DNA of 64,000 bases from an uncultured Clostridia bacterium (GCA_964649495.1 CAZYPR010000007.1:7330-71329), one strand, 5' to 3'; counted from the first letter of the stretch, positions 47,801-58,002 are shown. Made by a program: numbers and translations. Notes: generated by a model from the letters alone, not told the origin.

Positions 47801-48802
47801 TCAAACCCTTGCCTTCAAAAGAATTATCCAGGCAGTGGCTGAAAAAATAATAAGGAATAAAAATGAGATTCCTGAAAAGTAAAATGAGAAGAGGATGTTT
47901 AAAATACCAAAGATTCCAGAGATAAGGGTAAGAGAATAGAAGACCCAAACAGTTTTCCTTACTGAAAAATTATAGAGAGCTTTCAATCTGAGGGAAGTAT
48001 GATCTCTACTCCCTTTGAATGGAGAGGCACCCTTTGAGAGTCTTGTAAAGAAAAGAAAAGATGTTTCAAATATTGGAACCCATAAGACAAAAATAGGAGC
48101 GATAAATCCAAATTTATTCAGCTTTGTGTAATCCAGCATTATTGAAATGGATGATAGAATAAAACCAAGGAAGAGGGAGCCTGAATCTCCCATAAATATT
48201 GAAGCGGGATTATAATTATAATTTAGAAATCCAAGGCAGGCACCTGATAGAGCCATTGAAATTATCGCAACAGTTTGATTTTCTGTTAGAATTGCAATGA
48301 TAAAAAATATGCTGGAGACAACAAATGCCACACCTGCTGAAAGCCCATCCATCACATCTATAAGATTAAAAGCATTTATAATTCCTATCATCCAAAGAAA
48401 GGTTAAAGGAATAGAAAGATATTCAGGAAGAAACCATAGTTTTATGTAAACTCCACTCTTTATAAGAATATAAACAGCAAGGGACTCGCCAACAAATTTT
48501 ATTCTTGGAGAAAGCTTGCCTATATCATCTATAAGTCCGAGAGTTGAGATAATGCTCCCTCCAAAAAGAATTCCAAGGGTTTCTTTATTGAACTGGAATA
48601 CAATTGAGAGGGCAACAAGGAATGATAGGAAAATACTCAATCCACCAAGATAGGGAATAGGCTCTTGGTGAAGTTTAAGAACCCCATTAGGTTTATCAAC
48701 TATACCAAATTTAATTCCCGCATTTCTTGCCACAGGAGTTCCGTAGAGTGAAAAAAGGAGAGAGAGAATGAAAACAAGTGGGTAAATTATGACTTCCATC
48801 AT
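47801..48802 (-). CDS. wecA: MraY/WecA-family polyprenyl-phosphate N-acetylhexosamine-1-phosphate transferase
   Basis: IPYLGG, GLIDD, NAFNLIDVMDGL, NYNPASIFMGDSGS. Confidence 0.85.
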   Translation of the reverse strand: MMEVIIYPLVFILSLLFSLYGTPVARNAGIKFGIVDKPNGVLKLHQEPIPYLGGLSIFLSFLVALSIVFQFNKETLGILFGGSIISTLGLIDDIGKLSPRIKFVGESLAVYILIKSGVYIKLWFLPEYLSIPLTFLWMIGIINAFNLIDVMDGLSAGVAFVVSSIFFIIAILTENQTVAIISMALSGACLGFLNYNYNPASIFMGDSGSLFLGFILSSISIMLDYTKLNKFGFIAPIFVLWVPIFETSFLFFTRLSKGASPFKGSRDHTSLRLKALYNFSVRKTVWVFYSLTLISGIFGILNILFSFYFSGISFLFLIIFSATAWIILLKARV

Positions 48803-50001
48803 CTTTCTAAAAATTTCTCAAGAAAATTTGAAAGTTCTGATATTCTATTTTTATATGAATAATTTTCCCAGTCAAAAAGATTTCCAATACCCACATTTCC
48901 CTTTTCCTTAAATTCAATATACCATTTTTCAATCGTCTTCTTTACCTCCTCTTCGTTTCTGCAAATTTTTCCAACTCCTATCTTTTCAAGGAATATTCCA
49001 CCATCGTCCTCACCCACAACAAGAACAGGTTTCCTTGCTCCAATATAGGAAAATAACTTACCTTTAATCGGATTTTCACGGTCTTTCACATCTTTTCCTA
49101 TTGAAAAAAACAGAAGAGCTGATGAGCTTATCTGAGCCTTTATACTTTCAAGATAAGGAATCTGAGGATTTATCTCAATTGGCAAGTCTGAAAACTCTTT
49201 GAACCATTCTTTAATCTCAAAATGATTATAGGAAAAGAATTTAATTTTTATGTCTTCAATTGAACCCTCTTCTTTTATTAACCTTAGAGCATTAAGGAAA
49301 GTTTTAAAATTCTGGTAAGGATAGAGATGGCCTGTGTAGCTAAGTGTGAAATTCTCCTGAGGAGGAACATTTATTTTATAGTCCTCATCATCAAATAAAT
49401 GAGGGAAAAGGAAAATCTCTTTTTTATGGATTTTTTCCAATCTTTTAGATATGTTTTTAGAAACAGAAATTAATGAGGAAGCCCTTTTTATAAAAACCTT
49501 TTCCAAAAACTTCTCCAAAATTGAAAGGGGGAATATTCTTTTCAAATAATAATTTTCACTCCACAAATCTCCAAACTCCCCAATCCATGGAAGGTTAAAC
49601 TCCTTAGATAGTTTCGATGCAAGAATGTGGGATGGATAAGGAGGTGAAAAACTCAGGATTAAAGAAATTTTTTCTCTATTTAAAATTTTTCTACCCACAT
49701 TTAATGCTCTGAAACACCACTTTAAGAACCTATCCTGATAATTAAAAAATCTCCTCAAAATTTTTGATTTTTTCAACTTTAATGGAAACAAAGAAACATT
49801 CTTATCATCAAAGGAAACTCTTATTATTCTTTTTTCATCAGCTTCAACAGGAAGTGCTCTATCAAGATTGAGTCTATCCGCTGTAAGGACAAAAACTTCC
49901 CAACCTTCCCTCTCAAGATATTTCGCAATTTTTGATGCCCTTATAGACCTCATGTTTAAAAAGGGGGGAAAATAGAAGCTTACGAGTAAAATTTTTTTCA
50001 T
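48799..50001 (-). CDS. GT4-like glycosyltransferase
   Basis: ATG 50001: MKKILLVSFYFPP, FSPPYPSH, DLWSEN, YTG.LY, GKLFSYIGARKP. Confidence 0.85.
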   Translation of the reverse strand: MKKILLVSFYFPPFLNMRSIRASKIAKYLEREGWEVFVLTADRLNLDRALPVEADEKRIIRVSFDDKNVSLFPLKLKKSKILRRFFNYQDRFLKWCFRALNVGRKILNREKISLILSFSPPYPSHILASKLSKEFNLPWIGEFGDLWSENYYLKRIFPLSILEKFLEKVFIKRASSLISVSKNISKRLEKIHKKEIFLFPHLFDDEDYKINVPPQENFTLSYTGHLYPYQNFKTFLNALRLIKEEGSIEDIKIKFFSYNHFEIKEWFKEFSDLPIEINPQIPYLESIKAQISSSALLFFSIGKDVKDRENPIKGKLFSYIGARKPVLVVGEDDGGIFLEKIGVGKICRNEEEVKKTIEKWYIEFKEKGNVGIGNLFDWENYSYKNRISELSNFLEKFLER

Positions 50002-50002
50002 T

Positions 50003-51034
50003 TTATCCCATAACTTTTTTGTAAACTTCAATTGTTTTTTCTGCAATACTCTCCCATTTCATATCATTGGGTATTCTCCAATCTCCTCTTTCAGTCCTTG
50101 CCCATTCAACTGCTTCTAATAAAATTTGAGGAGTTAGCTCTTGAAAGGTTTTAACCCATTTTTCACTAAGTTTTTTCCTTATTTCTCCACCTGTTAATTT
50201 TTCGGGAATAAGAACAGGAAGATTGTAAGAGAGGGCAAGGATTATACTTGATGAGTTAAAAATCTCTTTCTGGGGCAGAACAAAAATGTCAGATGCTTTC
50301 ATGTATATCTCAATTTCATTATCAGGGACAAATTTTAGAATCAATTTTATCCTTGGGTCTTGAAAAGATGAATTTTCAACCTCCTTTTTTATTCTTTGGT
50401 TGAAAGGTTTTCCAACAATAAGCAAATTAATTTTTTTATCTTCAATTTTTCGGAAGGAATTTATTAGGGATAAAACATTCTTGTAGGTTCTTATCAATCC
50501 AAAGTAAAGAATTAATTTGTTTTCCAGTGGAATTCCGATTTTCTCCCTTGCCTCTTTCTTTTCTAAAGTATCAGGGTATAAATTTCTGTAATGACCTATT
50601 GGAATTACAAATCCTTTTTTATCTCCAAGTTGAGGGAATCTTTTTTTAGCAAGGGAATCTGCTTTTTCTGATAGGCTTATATAGGAGTCAACCAATGGAA
50701 GAAAAAATTTCCAGAAAAGCTCTTCAAATAAAGGATAATAGTTTTCGTGACTTTTCAAATTATGAATCGTCCAGACGATTTTTGTCCCTTTAATTTTTGA
50801 AATCATAAGAATTAATAGGAAATGTAAGCTTTTTATAAGGGCTTTTAAAAAATTTGGATTACAAAGAAATTTCTCTGGCCAGTGAATATGAAAAATATCA
50901 TATCTTTTTTTTATAATTTTCCATGCAGAATAATCATCCACTGCAATACCCATTTTCATTATTTGAGTGCAAAGTAGCCAGTTATAAGGGTTCTCATTTT
51001 TATTGGAGAATGCCGGCATAGAAATTACTTTAAT
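50003..51034 (-). CDS. GT4 glycosyltransferase (GumI-like), possible ATT start
   Basis: PAF.NK..NPYN, HIHWPE, VWTIHNL..HE, FGLIRTYKN, NSSSIILALS; AGGAGG SD is 7 nt before in-frame ATT 51034; track start is ATG 51019. Confidence 0.85.
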   Translation of the reverse strand: MKVISMPAFSNKNENPYNWLLCTQIMKMGIAVDDYSAWKIIKKRYDIFHIHWPEKFLCNPNFLKALIKSLHFLLILMISKIKGTKIVWTIHNLKSHENYYPLFEELFWKFFLPLVDSYISLSEKADSLAKKRFPQLGDKKGFVIPIGHYRNLYPDTLEKKEAREKIGIPLENKLILYFGLIRTYKNVLSLINSFRKIEDKKINLLIVGKPFNQRIKKEVENSSFQDPRIKLILKFVPDNEIEIYMKASDIFVLPQKEIFNSSSIILALSYNLPVLIPEKLTGGEIRKKLSEKWVKTFQELTPQILLEAVEWARTERGDWRIPNDMKWESIAEKTIEVYKKVMG

Positions 51035-51069
51035 TTTTAATCCTCCTTTTCAAAAAAATTTTTAAAATC

Positions 51070-51192
51070 CATGCAACAGCTATTATCTCCTTTTTCTCAT
51101 AACTGTTGTTCCAGCGCACTTTTGATGGATTCTTTTAAAAATTTATCGTAATTATAATTGTTTTTAACAACACTCACGAAAGGTTCGGTCAT
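51070..51192 (-). pseudogene. GT2 glycosyltransferase N-terminal remnant
   Basis: AGGAG SD, MTEPFVSVVKNNYNYDKFLKESIKSALEQ then frameshift to SYEKKEIIAV; typical GT2 start, truncated before the DDGS motif. Confidence 0.75.
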
Positions 51193-51228
51193 TGCAAACT
51201 CCTATAATTATTATATTCCACCCTGAAA

Positions 51229-52683
51229 TTAAAAAATAGCCTCATCTTTTCTTTTTATGGAATTCAATCTTTCAAATATTAATTCTTTGAGAGTTATTGA
51301 ATATTTAACCAATTCTTTTCTGCTCTTAGGAAAAACAAAAATTAAAAGAATTGAAAGATATATTAAATTTCCAAAGTTTTCTTGAAATAGAGGTAATGAA
51401 AGGGAGATAAACCATAAAAACGGAATGGAATAATCAATCTTTCCTAAATTTTTGGTCAGGAAAAAATGAATTAAAACATAACTTATAAAAGCAAGCACCT
51501 CTCCAAATCCATAACCAATCAAATCAAGAAACTGAACAAAAACAAAAGAGCCACCAGCAAAGAGAATTATATGAACGGCATGAAAAATGGCAACCTCTTT
51601 GTTTTTCCCAATTGTATAAAGGGCTGATGAGTGCATTGAAAACATTGAATTTACAATGTAACTAAGGGCAATAAATGGAAATATTTGAAGAACTGGAATC
51701 CATTTAATTCCAAAGAACATAGGAATAATCCATTTAGCAAAGATTGAAAATGGAAGGACAAGGGAAAATATTGCAAGGAGCTGAATCCTCATCCCTTCAT
51801 TTATAACTTCTAAAAGGCGAGTTCTCTCCCTTTGCAAACGCCCCATAACAGCTCTGGAGATTCTCCCCACAACACTTCTTGCAAAGGTAAGTATTTCAAC
51901 AATTCTAATGGTAAGCGCTACATATCCAACTGAAGATGCTCCCAGAAACCTTCCCACAATCAATGGAGTCACAAGATTTCTAAATTGCCAAATCCAGAAG
52001 GAGATTGAATAACTTAAACCATAACTGAGCATATTTTTTAGAAATTTTCTATTGAAATGAAACTTGGGTAAATAGTTTGCTGAAATAGAAGAAAAGACAG
52101 CCACCAGAAGTTGCTGAAACCACCATCCTGCTACAGGAGCCCAGACTCCAAAACCTAAAAAGGCAAGGGGCAAACCAACTGCATAGTAAATTATTTGAGC
52201 AAAGAGCTCGATAAGAGCAACTTTCTTATAATTTAGTTCCCTTTCAAGCTTTGAAATTGGGATTAAATTTGCAAGGGATATGGGATAACAAAGGAAAATT
52301 ATCATTGCTACTCTGTTGAATCCATTCAATCTCGTCCATTTCCCCAGAAGAGGGATCATAGCTTCTGAAAAAATTATTGCTAAAAAACTGACAATCATTA
52401 GAAATGAAAAAGCTGTGTTATATTCCTCCTCTTCAATTTCCCCATCTTTTCTTATAAGATAAACATTTATCCCAAACTGAGCAAGATAATAAATGAATAG
52501 ATAGATTCCCATCCCCGCATTAAATAAACCGTAATTTGAAGGTCCAATTAGACGGGTTAAAAGGATAACTCCAAAAAGACTGATTATTATGCTCAATCCC
52601 TGCCGAAAAAGCATGAAAGAACCACCGACAAAAACTTTCCTTTTTAGTTCCCTTTTCTCAAATTCTTGAAGATCTTGCTCCAT
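51229..52683 (-). CDS. wzx: Wzx-like oligosaccharide flippase
   Basis: About 12 TM helices; LTRLIGPSNYGL, LERELNYKK, IVGRFLGASSVGY. Confidence 0.85.
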   Translation of the reverse strand: MEQDLQEFEKRELKRKVFVGGSFMLFRQGLSIIISLFGVILLTRLIGPSNYGLFNAGMGIYLFIYYLAQFGINVYLIRKDGEIEEEEYNTAFSFLMIVSFLAIIFSEAMIPLLGKWTRLNGFNRVAMIIFLCYPISLANLIPISKLERELNYKKVALIELFAQIIYYAVGLPLAFLGFGVWAPVAGWWFQQLLVAVFSSISANYLPKFHFNRKFLKNMLSYGLSYSISFWIWQFRNLVTPLIVGRFLGASSVGYVALTIRIVEILTFARSVVGRISRAVMGRLQRERTRLLEVINEGMRIQLLAIFSLVLPFSIFAKWIIPMFFGIKWIPVLQIFPFIALSYIVNSMFSMHSSALYTIGKNKEVAIFHAVHIILFAGGSFVFVQFLDLIGYGFGEVLAFISYVLIHFFLTKNLGKIDYSIPFLWFISLSLPLFQENFGNLIYLSILLIFVFPKSRKELVKYSITLKELIFERLNSIKRKDEAIF

Positions 52684-52780
52684 AGTTAGTTTTTATTTTA
52701 TTTGATTAATCCAATAATAGCAATTCACGGATTAGACACAAGTCTAATTTTTTAATATGATATAATTTAGGAGCGAAAAC

Positions 52781-54346
52781 ATGAAAAGGATATTCATTAT
52801 AATAGCATTCTTTTTGGGGTTTTCGATTTTCTCTGAGAGATACGATATTTTGATAAAAAATGGGAGAATAATTGATGGAACGGGAAATCCATGGTTCATT
52901 GCAGACATAGGGATAAATGGTAAGTTCATAAAAAAGATTGGTTTTATTGATGAAAGATTGGGTAAGAGGGTTATAAATGCAAAGGACCTTGTAGTTTCAC
53001 CAGGCTTCATAGATGTCCACACCCATGCTGAAGGAATAGAGAAGAATCCAAAAATTGAGAATTATTCCTTCCAAGGCGTGACAACTGTGATTGCTGGAAA
53101 TTGTGGTAATCACTCTTACCCCCTAAAAGAGCACTTTAAAAAACTGAAATCCAATGGAATATCAATAAATTATGGCTCTCTTGTGGGGCACAACACAATT
53201 AGAGATATTGTGATGGGAAAGAAACAAGCTCTCCCCAATGAAGAAGAGATGAAAAAAATGAGAAAGCTCCTCGAACAGGAGTTAAAAGCGGGAGGTATTG
53301 GTCTTTCAACAGGTCTTGCTTATATGCCAGGGATTTACTCCAACACTGATGAGCTTGTTGAGCTGGGAAAGGTTGTTGCAAAGTATCACGGAATTTACAC
53401 TTCCCACATAAGGAATCAGGGGAAAGGAATAAAGGAGGCAATTGAGGAGGCTATCCAAGTTGGGGAGAAGAACAGAATCCCGGTTCTCATCTCCCACATA
53501 AAACTTGCTGAGGAGAGTGTATGGAACGAAATATGGAGGATAAGAAAGCCTGTTGAGGAGGCAAGGGAAAGAGGAGTTGAAGTATTTCTTGACCAGTATC
53601 CATACACCGCAACAAGCTCAGGTTTTGAAAGTTCTCTTCCTGCATGGAGCAGGGAAGGAGGGATTGAAAAGTTTAAAGAGAGACTTTTAGACAGGGAGCA
53701 ATACGAAAAAATTAAAAATCATGTAATACAGGCAAGACTAACTTCAGTAAAAGGAATAAACAAGCTCCAGAGCATATTTATTGCATCATGCCATTGGAAA
53801 AAGGAATATGAAGGAAAGAATCTTGAAGAGATACTTGAGATGGAAGGAAAGGAGCCTACAGTTGGCAATGGAGCTGACCTTATAATTGAAATTGTTAAGA
53901 ATGGGGATGCTCAGGGAATTTTCTTCCAGATGGATGAATCTGATGTAAAGGAATTAATGAAGCTTCCATACTTAATGATAGGCTCAGATGGTGCCATGCA
54001 AATTCTCAAGCAGGGATTTCCCCATCCAAGGTCTTACGGAACATACCCAAGGATTCTCGGAAAATATGTAAGGGAGGAGAAAGTTCTTACGCTGGAGGAT
54101 GCTGTAAGGAAAATGACATCTTTACCTGCGAATACATTTAGAATAAGAAAAAGAGGAATTTTGAAAGAGAATTTTTATGCTGACATTGTTATCTTCTCAC
54201 CTGAGAATATAGCAGACAAGGCAACATTTGGGAATCCTCACCAGTATCCAGAGGGGATTGAATATGTAATTGTAAACGGTGAGATCGTTGTTGAGAAGAA
54301 CCGTCATACGGGAAAGCTTCCTGGAATGATTATAAAAAGAGATTAA
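52781..54346 (+). CDS. N-acyl-D-amino-acid deacylase (amidohydrolase)
   Basis: PGFIDVHTH, GNCG, GLSTGL.Y.PG, SHIR, ISHIK, YPYTA, GSDG, PHPRSYGTYPR; N-terminal signal-like peptide. Confidence 0.9.
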   Translation: MKRIFIIIAFFLGFSIFSERYDILIKNGRIIDGTGNPWFIADIGINGKFIKKIGFIDERLGKRVINAKDLVVSPGFIDVHTHAEGIEKNPKIENYSFQGVTTVIAGNCGNHSYPLKEHFKKLKSNGISINYGSLVGHNTIRDIVMGKKQALPNEEEMKKMRKLLEQELKAGGIGLSTGLAYMPGIYSNTDELVELGKVVAKYHGIYTSHIRNQGKGIKEAIEEAIQVGEKNRIPVLISHIKLAEESVWNEIWRIRKPVEEARERGVEVFLDQYPYTATSSGFESSLPAWSREGGIEKFKERLLDREQYEKIKNHVIQARLTSVKGINKLQSIFIASCHWKKEYEGKNLEEILEMEGKEPTVGNGADLIIEIVKNGDAQGIFFQMDESDVKELMKLPYLMIGSDGAMQILKQGFPHPRSYGTYPRILGKYVREEKVLTLEDAVRKMTSLPANTFRIRKRGILKENFYADIVIFSPENIADKATFGNPHQYPEGIEYVIVNGEIVVEKNRHTGKLPGMIIKRD

Positions 54347-54348
54347 AA

Positions 54349-55182
54349 ATGGAAGAAAAAATAGATAGGCTTATTAGCTTTTTTAAAAAAGAGCCTTCGG
54401 TTCTTCTCGCTTTTTTGTTCGGTTCAAGAACAAAGGGAAGAGAAAGTAATATATCTGACTGGGATGTTGCAGTATACCTTAAATCTGAAGAATATATGGA
54501 AATTGAAACAGAAAAGGACTATCCAGAAGAAAGAAAAATATGGGCAAACATCACTGAGATTCTAAAAACTGACAATGTGGATTTTGTTATACTTAACAGA
54601 GCTCGACCAGTTATTGTCTATAATGTCTTAAGAACTGGAAGACCTCTTGTAATAAAAGATAGGAAACTTTACCTTGATCTTCTTTGCAAAGTCAGTTACG
54701 AGGCAATCGACTGGTGGGATTTTGTATCAGATTATTACAAAATATCTGAAAGAGCGGGCTCTCTTTCTCCAGAGGATAGGGCAAGGGTTTTAGAGTATTT
54801 AAGGTTCTTAGAAAATGAATTTAACGAAATCGAACTGATTAAAAAATTCACCTATGATGACTATCTCAAAGATAGTTTTAAGAGGAAGATTATTGAGAGA
54901 TGGATAGAGAATTTAGTCATGAGTGCTCTTGATATTTCTAAGGTAATTCTTGCCTCAGAAAGAAGAGAAATACCTCAAACATACCGAGAGACCCTGAAAA
55001 TATTTTGCTCATTTTATATAGATAACGAATTTGGTGAAAAATTCTCATGGTTTGCATCCATGAGAAATATCTTTGTCCATGAATATCTGGATATTAAATG
55101 GAAAAAAATTCATAAATTTGTCAATGAGGCAGAAAAACTGTTCCCTTTATTTATAAATAGAGTCAAAGAAATTTTGGTCTGA
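54349..55182 (+). CDS. Fused MNT (minimal nucleotidyltransferase) and HEPN/DUF86 protein
   Basis: GS-X10-DXD (GSRTKGRESNISDWD) at the N-terminus; R-X4-H-X-Y (RNIFVHEY) in the C-terminal domain; one uninterrupted 277-aa frame. Confidence 0.88.
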   Translation: MEEKIDRLISFFKKEPSVLLAFLFGSRTKGRESNISDWDVAVYLKSEEYMEIETEKDYPEERKIWANITEILKTDNVDFVILNRARPVIVYNVLRTGRPLVIKDRKLYLDLLCKVSYEAIDWWDFVSDYYKISERAGSLSPEDRARVLEYLRFLENEFNEIELIKKFTYDDYLKDSFKRKIIERWIENLVMSALDISKVILASERREIPQTYRETLKIFCSFYIDNEFGEKFSWFASMRNIFVHEYLDIKWKKIHKFVNEAEKLFPLFINRVKEILV

Positions 55183-55788
55183 AAAAATAAAAAGATGCCA
55201 GAACCAGAGAAATTAAAGTAATCGCTAAACCTAATTTAAAGTAAGGTGAATCGAATTTCATACTTAAAATGGTTGCATCCTTTGGAATTTTCAAAGAGAC
55301 ATTCCCATTGTGGGGTTGAGAATTTATTTCCTCAAACTTCCCATTTCTATATATTTTAAATTTAAGAACATTTCTGTATAATTTCCAGTCAAGTTCCTCA
55401 AAAACTGCTCCCACATCATCTTTTAACTTTAACTTCCAAATCCTGAGATTTGGATTGGAAAATTTCTGAGTGCATTCTCCAGAAGGGTGGATTTTGGGGG
55501 TGTAATTGAAAAAAATGGGGTCTTCAGAAAATTCCAATGGATTACAATCTTTCTGAAATAAATTGAAAACACGGTTCAGGTCTAAATAAATGTAAGAGAT
55601 TATCCGAGAACAAAATTAGGAAAAGAATGGTATTGCAAGATTGATTTTTTCGCAAAATGAAAATAGCTGAGCATTCTTTCCGCTTCCGCTGGTGTGCAGA
55701 AAAAAAATTTTCTCCAAGAAAAGAGAACCAAAAAGATTGTGATAACAACTAATAAGTAATCAATCCATTTTTTTTGAAAAATCTTCAC
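55163..55788 (-). pseudogene. Collapsed remnant of a YfhO-like GT-C membrane protein
   Basis: N-terminal TM piece (GTG 55788, 62 aa then stop) plus a C-terminal piece in another frame ending ..FDSPYFKLGLAITLISLVL..; total span far shorter than a full protein. Confidence 0.45.
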
Positions 55789-57616
55789 TACCTTTCCCCC
55801 TTATCTCAGAAATTATTGTGAAAATAATGTCAAAATTTTGTGAGGGAGAAATCAAGTATATTCCTGGGACCTCTCCCCTTATTTTTTTTATAAAATCCAA
55901 AGCAATTTCCATTCCAATTTTTGACTGTTCTTCCTGACTTACCCCCTTCAATTTTTCTCTTATCTCCTCTGGAATTGTAATTCCAGGGACCTCATTATGG
56001 AGGAATTCAGCATGCTTTGCACTTTTTAATGGCATAACACCAACTATTATAGGTATTTTAAATTTTTCTATTCTCCTCAGAAAATTCTCAATGGTTGAAA
56101 TATCATACTGAGGTTGAGTTAAAGCAAAATCTGCACCCGCCTCAATTTTCTCCTCAAGCCTTTTTAACTCTGCATTTAAATCAGGAGAGGATGGATTCAC
56201 TGCAACTCCCACAAGGAATGATGTTGGGGTTCCTATCGGGTTTCCTGCCATATCTTTCCCTTTGTTAAACTCCTTTACAAGTCGGACAAGCCCAACTGTA
56301 TCAATATCATAAACAGAGGTAGCCTTTGGAAAATCTCCAATCTCTGCGGGGTCACCTCTTAAAGCAAGTATGTTTTTTATGCCAAGAACAGAGGCTCCAA
56401 GAAGCTCGGATTGAATTCCAAGAAGATTACGGTCTCTGCAAGTGAAATGTAATATTGTCTCTATCCCAATTTTCTCCTGAATTAAATGAGCTAAAGCGAC
56501 TGAACTCATCCTCATTCTCGCCATAGGATTTTCTGCAACATTTAAAGCATCAACTCCTGCGGACATCAATTTTTTCGAAATATTTAGAACCTCACTACAG
56601 TTATGCCCTTTTGGAGGATCGATCTCTACAGTTATAACAAACTCCTTTCCAAGTTTTTCTCTAAATCGGGAAATTACTTCAACTTTCTCCTCTTTTCTTT
56701 TTTCCTCAATAATTTCGACATAGGGAAACCTCTTTCTCTTTCTTGGTTTCTCTCCCCTCACAACCTCTGCAATCGCTTTTGTATGAGTAGGATTTGTTCC
56801 GCAGCAACTTCCAATTATATTTGCTCCATTTTCAAGAAAAATTATTGCATACTCTTTAAAATACGCAGGGGAGGAAAGATAGATTGTCTTTCCCCTCACC
56901 ACTGTTGGATAACCAGCATTGGGCATAACAGAGAAAAGATTTTCACTCTCTTTAAGATAAGGGATTACAATTTCCGCTGTTTCCTGAGGACCAACAGTGC
57001 AATTTGCCCCTACTATCTCAGCTCCAATCTCTTTGAGTTCATTCAGTGAGCGGGATATATCATCACCGAATTTTGTCTTTCCATCCGAAAGAAATGTCAT
57101 TGAAACAACTACAGGGAGATCTGAAACACTCTTTGATGCAAGAAGAGCAGCCCTTGCTTCAAGAAGGCTCGAAATTGTCTCTATAATGATCAAATCTACG
57201 CCTGCTGAAACAAGGATTGAAATTTGTTCTTTAAAAACCTTTACCATATCGTTAAAGGTAAAGATTCCATAAGGTCTTAGCATAACTCCCAGAGGACCCA
57301 CAGAACCCGCAACAAAAACATCTTCTCCTCCCGCCTCTCTTGCTATTCTTACTGCCTCATAATTTATTTCTTTTATTTTGTTCTCAAGGTTAAATTTTGA
57401 AAGTTTCACAGAATTGGCTGCGAAGGTATTCGTCTCTATTATTTCTGCCCCCGCGGAAACATACTCTTTGTGAATGGAAAGAACTAAATCAGGATTATTC
57501 AAGTTTTGCAACTCTTTACATTCATCAGGTGCGAGCCCCTTCTCAAGAAGATAAGTTCCCATTGCACCATCTGCAACTAGAACCCTTTTTTTTAATAATT
57601 CAATCAAATTTTTCAT
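55760..57616 (-). CDS. yitJ: Bifunctional homocysteine S-methyltransferase / methylenetetrahydrofolate reductase (YitJ-like)
   Basis: DGAMGT, ETNTF, GANC, PNAGYP, GSCCGT (Zn ligands); then VEIDPPK, HFTCRDRN, LRGDP, ALTQP. Confidence 0.92.
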   Translation of the reverse strand: MKNLIELLKKRVLVADGAMGTYLLEKGLAPDECKELQNLNNPDLVLSIHKEYVSAGAEIIETNTFAANSVKLSKFNLENKIKEINYEAVRIAREAGGEDVFVAGSVGPLGVMLRPYGIFTFNDMVKVFKEQISILVSAGVDLIIIETISSLLEARAALLASKSVSDLPVVVSMTFLSDGKTKFGDDISRSLNELKEIGAEIVGANCTVGPQETAEIVIPYLKESENLFSVMPNAGYPTVVRGKTIYLSSPAYFKEYAIIFLENGANIIGSCCGTNPTHTKAIAEVVRGEKPRKRKRFPYVEIIEEKRKEEKVEVISRFREKLGKEFVITVEIDPPKGHNCSEVLNISKKLMSAGVDALNVAENPMARMRMSSVALAHLIQEKIGIETILHFTCRDRNLLGIQSELLGASVLGIKNILALRGDPAEIGDFPKATSVYDIDTVGLVRLVKEFNKGKDMAGNPIGTPTSFLVGVAVNPSSPDLNAELKRLEEKIEAGADFALTQPQYDISTIENFLRRIEKFKIPIIVGVMPLKSAKHAEFLHNEVPGITIPEEIREKLKGVSQEEQSKIGMEIALDFIKKIRGEVPGIYLISPSQNFDIIFTIISEIRGKGSEDFSKKMD

Positions 57617-57744
57617 AATTTTAAATTTAACATATAAATTTCAAAAGGACAAATACTGAATTTTATCCTCAAACCTTTGAAATCATATGTATTAACATAC
57701 AAAGCACTGGGAGAACGAAATGGGTCGTCAAGATTCCCCATCCA

Positions 57745-57918
57745 TCATGAATTTCTATAAGATAAAAAGAAAATGGAAGAGTTGTGATGGAGAAACCTTG
57801 AATCCTGAGGAAAATGTAGATAGGAGAAGTATGGATTGGAACCGATAAATTTTAATCTTGATTGTAGGGGCAAAATTGAAAAGAACAAAGATATCAAAAA
57901 TAAGGTTATTTTTTTCAT
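57745..57918 (-). pseudogene. Short signal-peptide-bearing ORF (57 aa), probable remnant of an exported protein
   Basis: AGGAG SD, MKKITLFLISLFFSILPLQS... then early TGA. Confidence 0.35.
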
Positions 57919-58002
57919 AATCTTTTTCTCCTTCTCATTTGTTTTAATGTTTTCCTTTGCGGATTAAAATGATGAATATCACATTTGTAATACCTTTTAC
58001 CA

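Noticed and set aside
52731-52748. 7-bp inverted repeat ATTAGAC-ACAA-GTCTAAT between wzx and the D-aminoacylase gene
   Set aside because: Could be an operator overlapping the -35, but a single short AT-rich palindrome is not enough to call.
57625-57652. ATATGTTAAAT (minus strand) resembling the XerD arm of dif, near ftsK
   Set aside because: No XerC arm at the right spacing, it overlaps the yitJ promoter, and dif is not expected near oriC.
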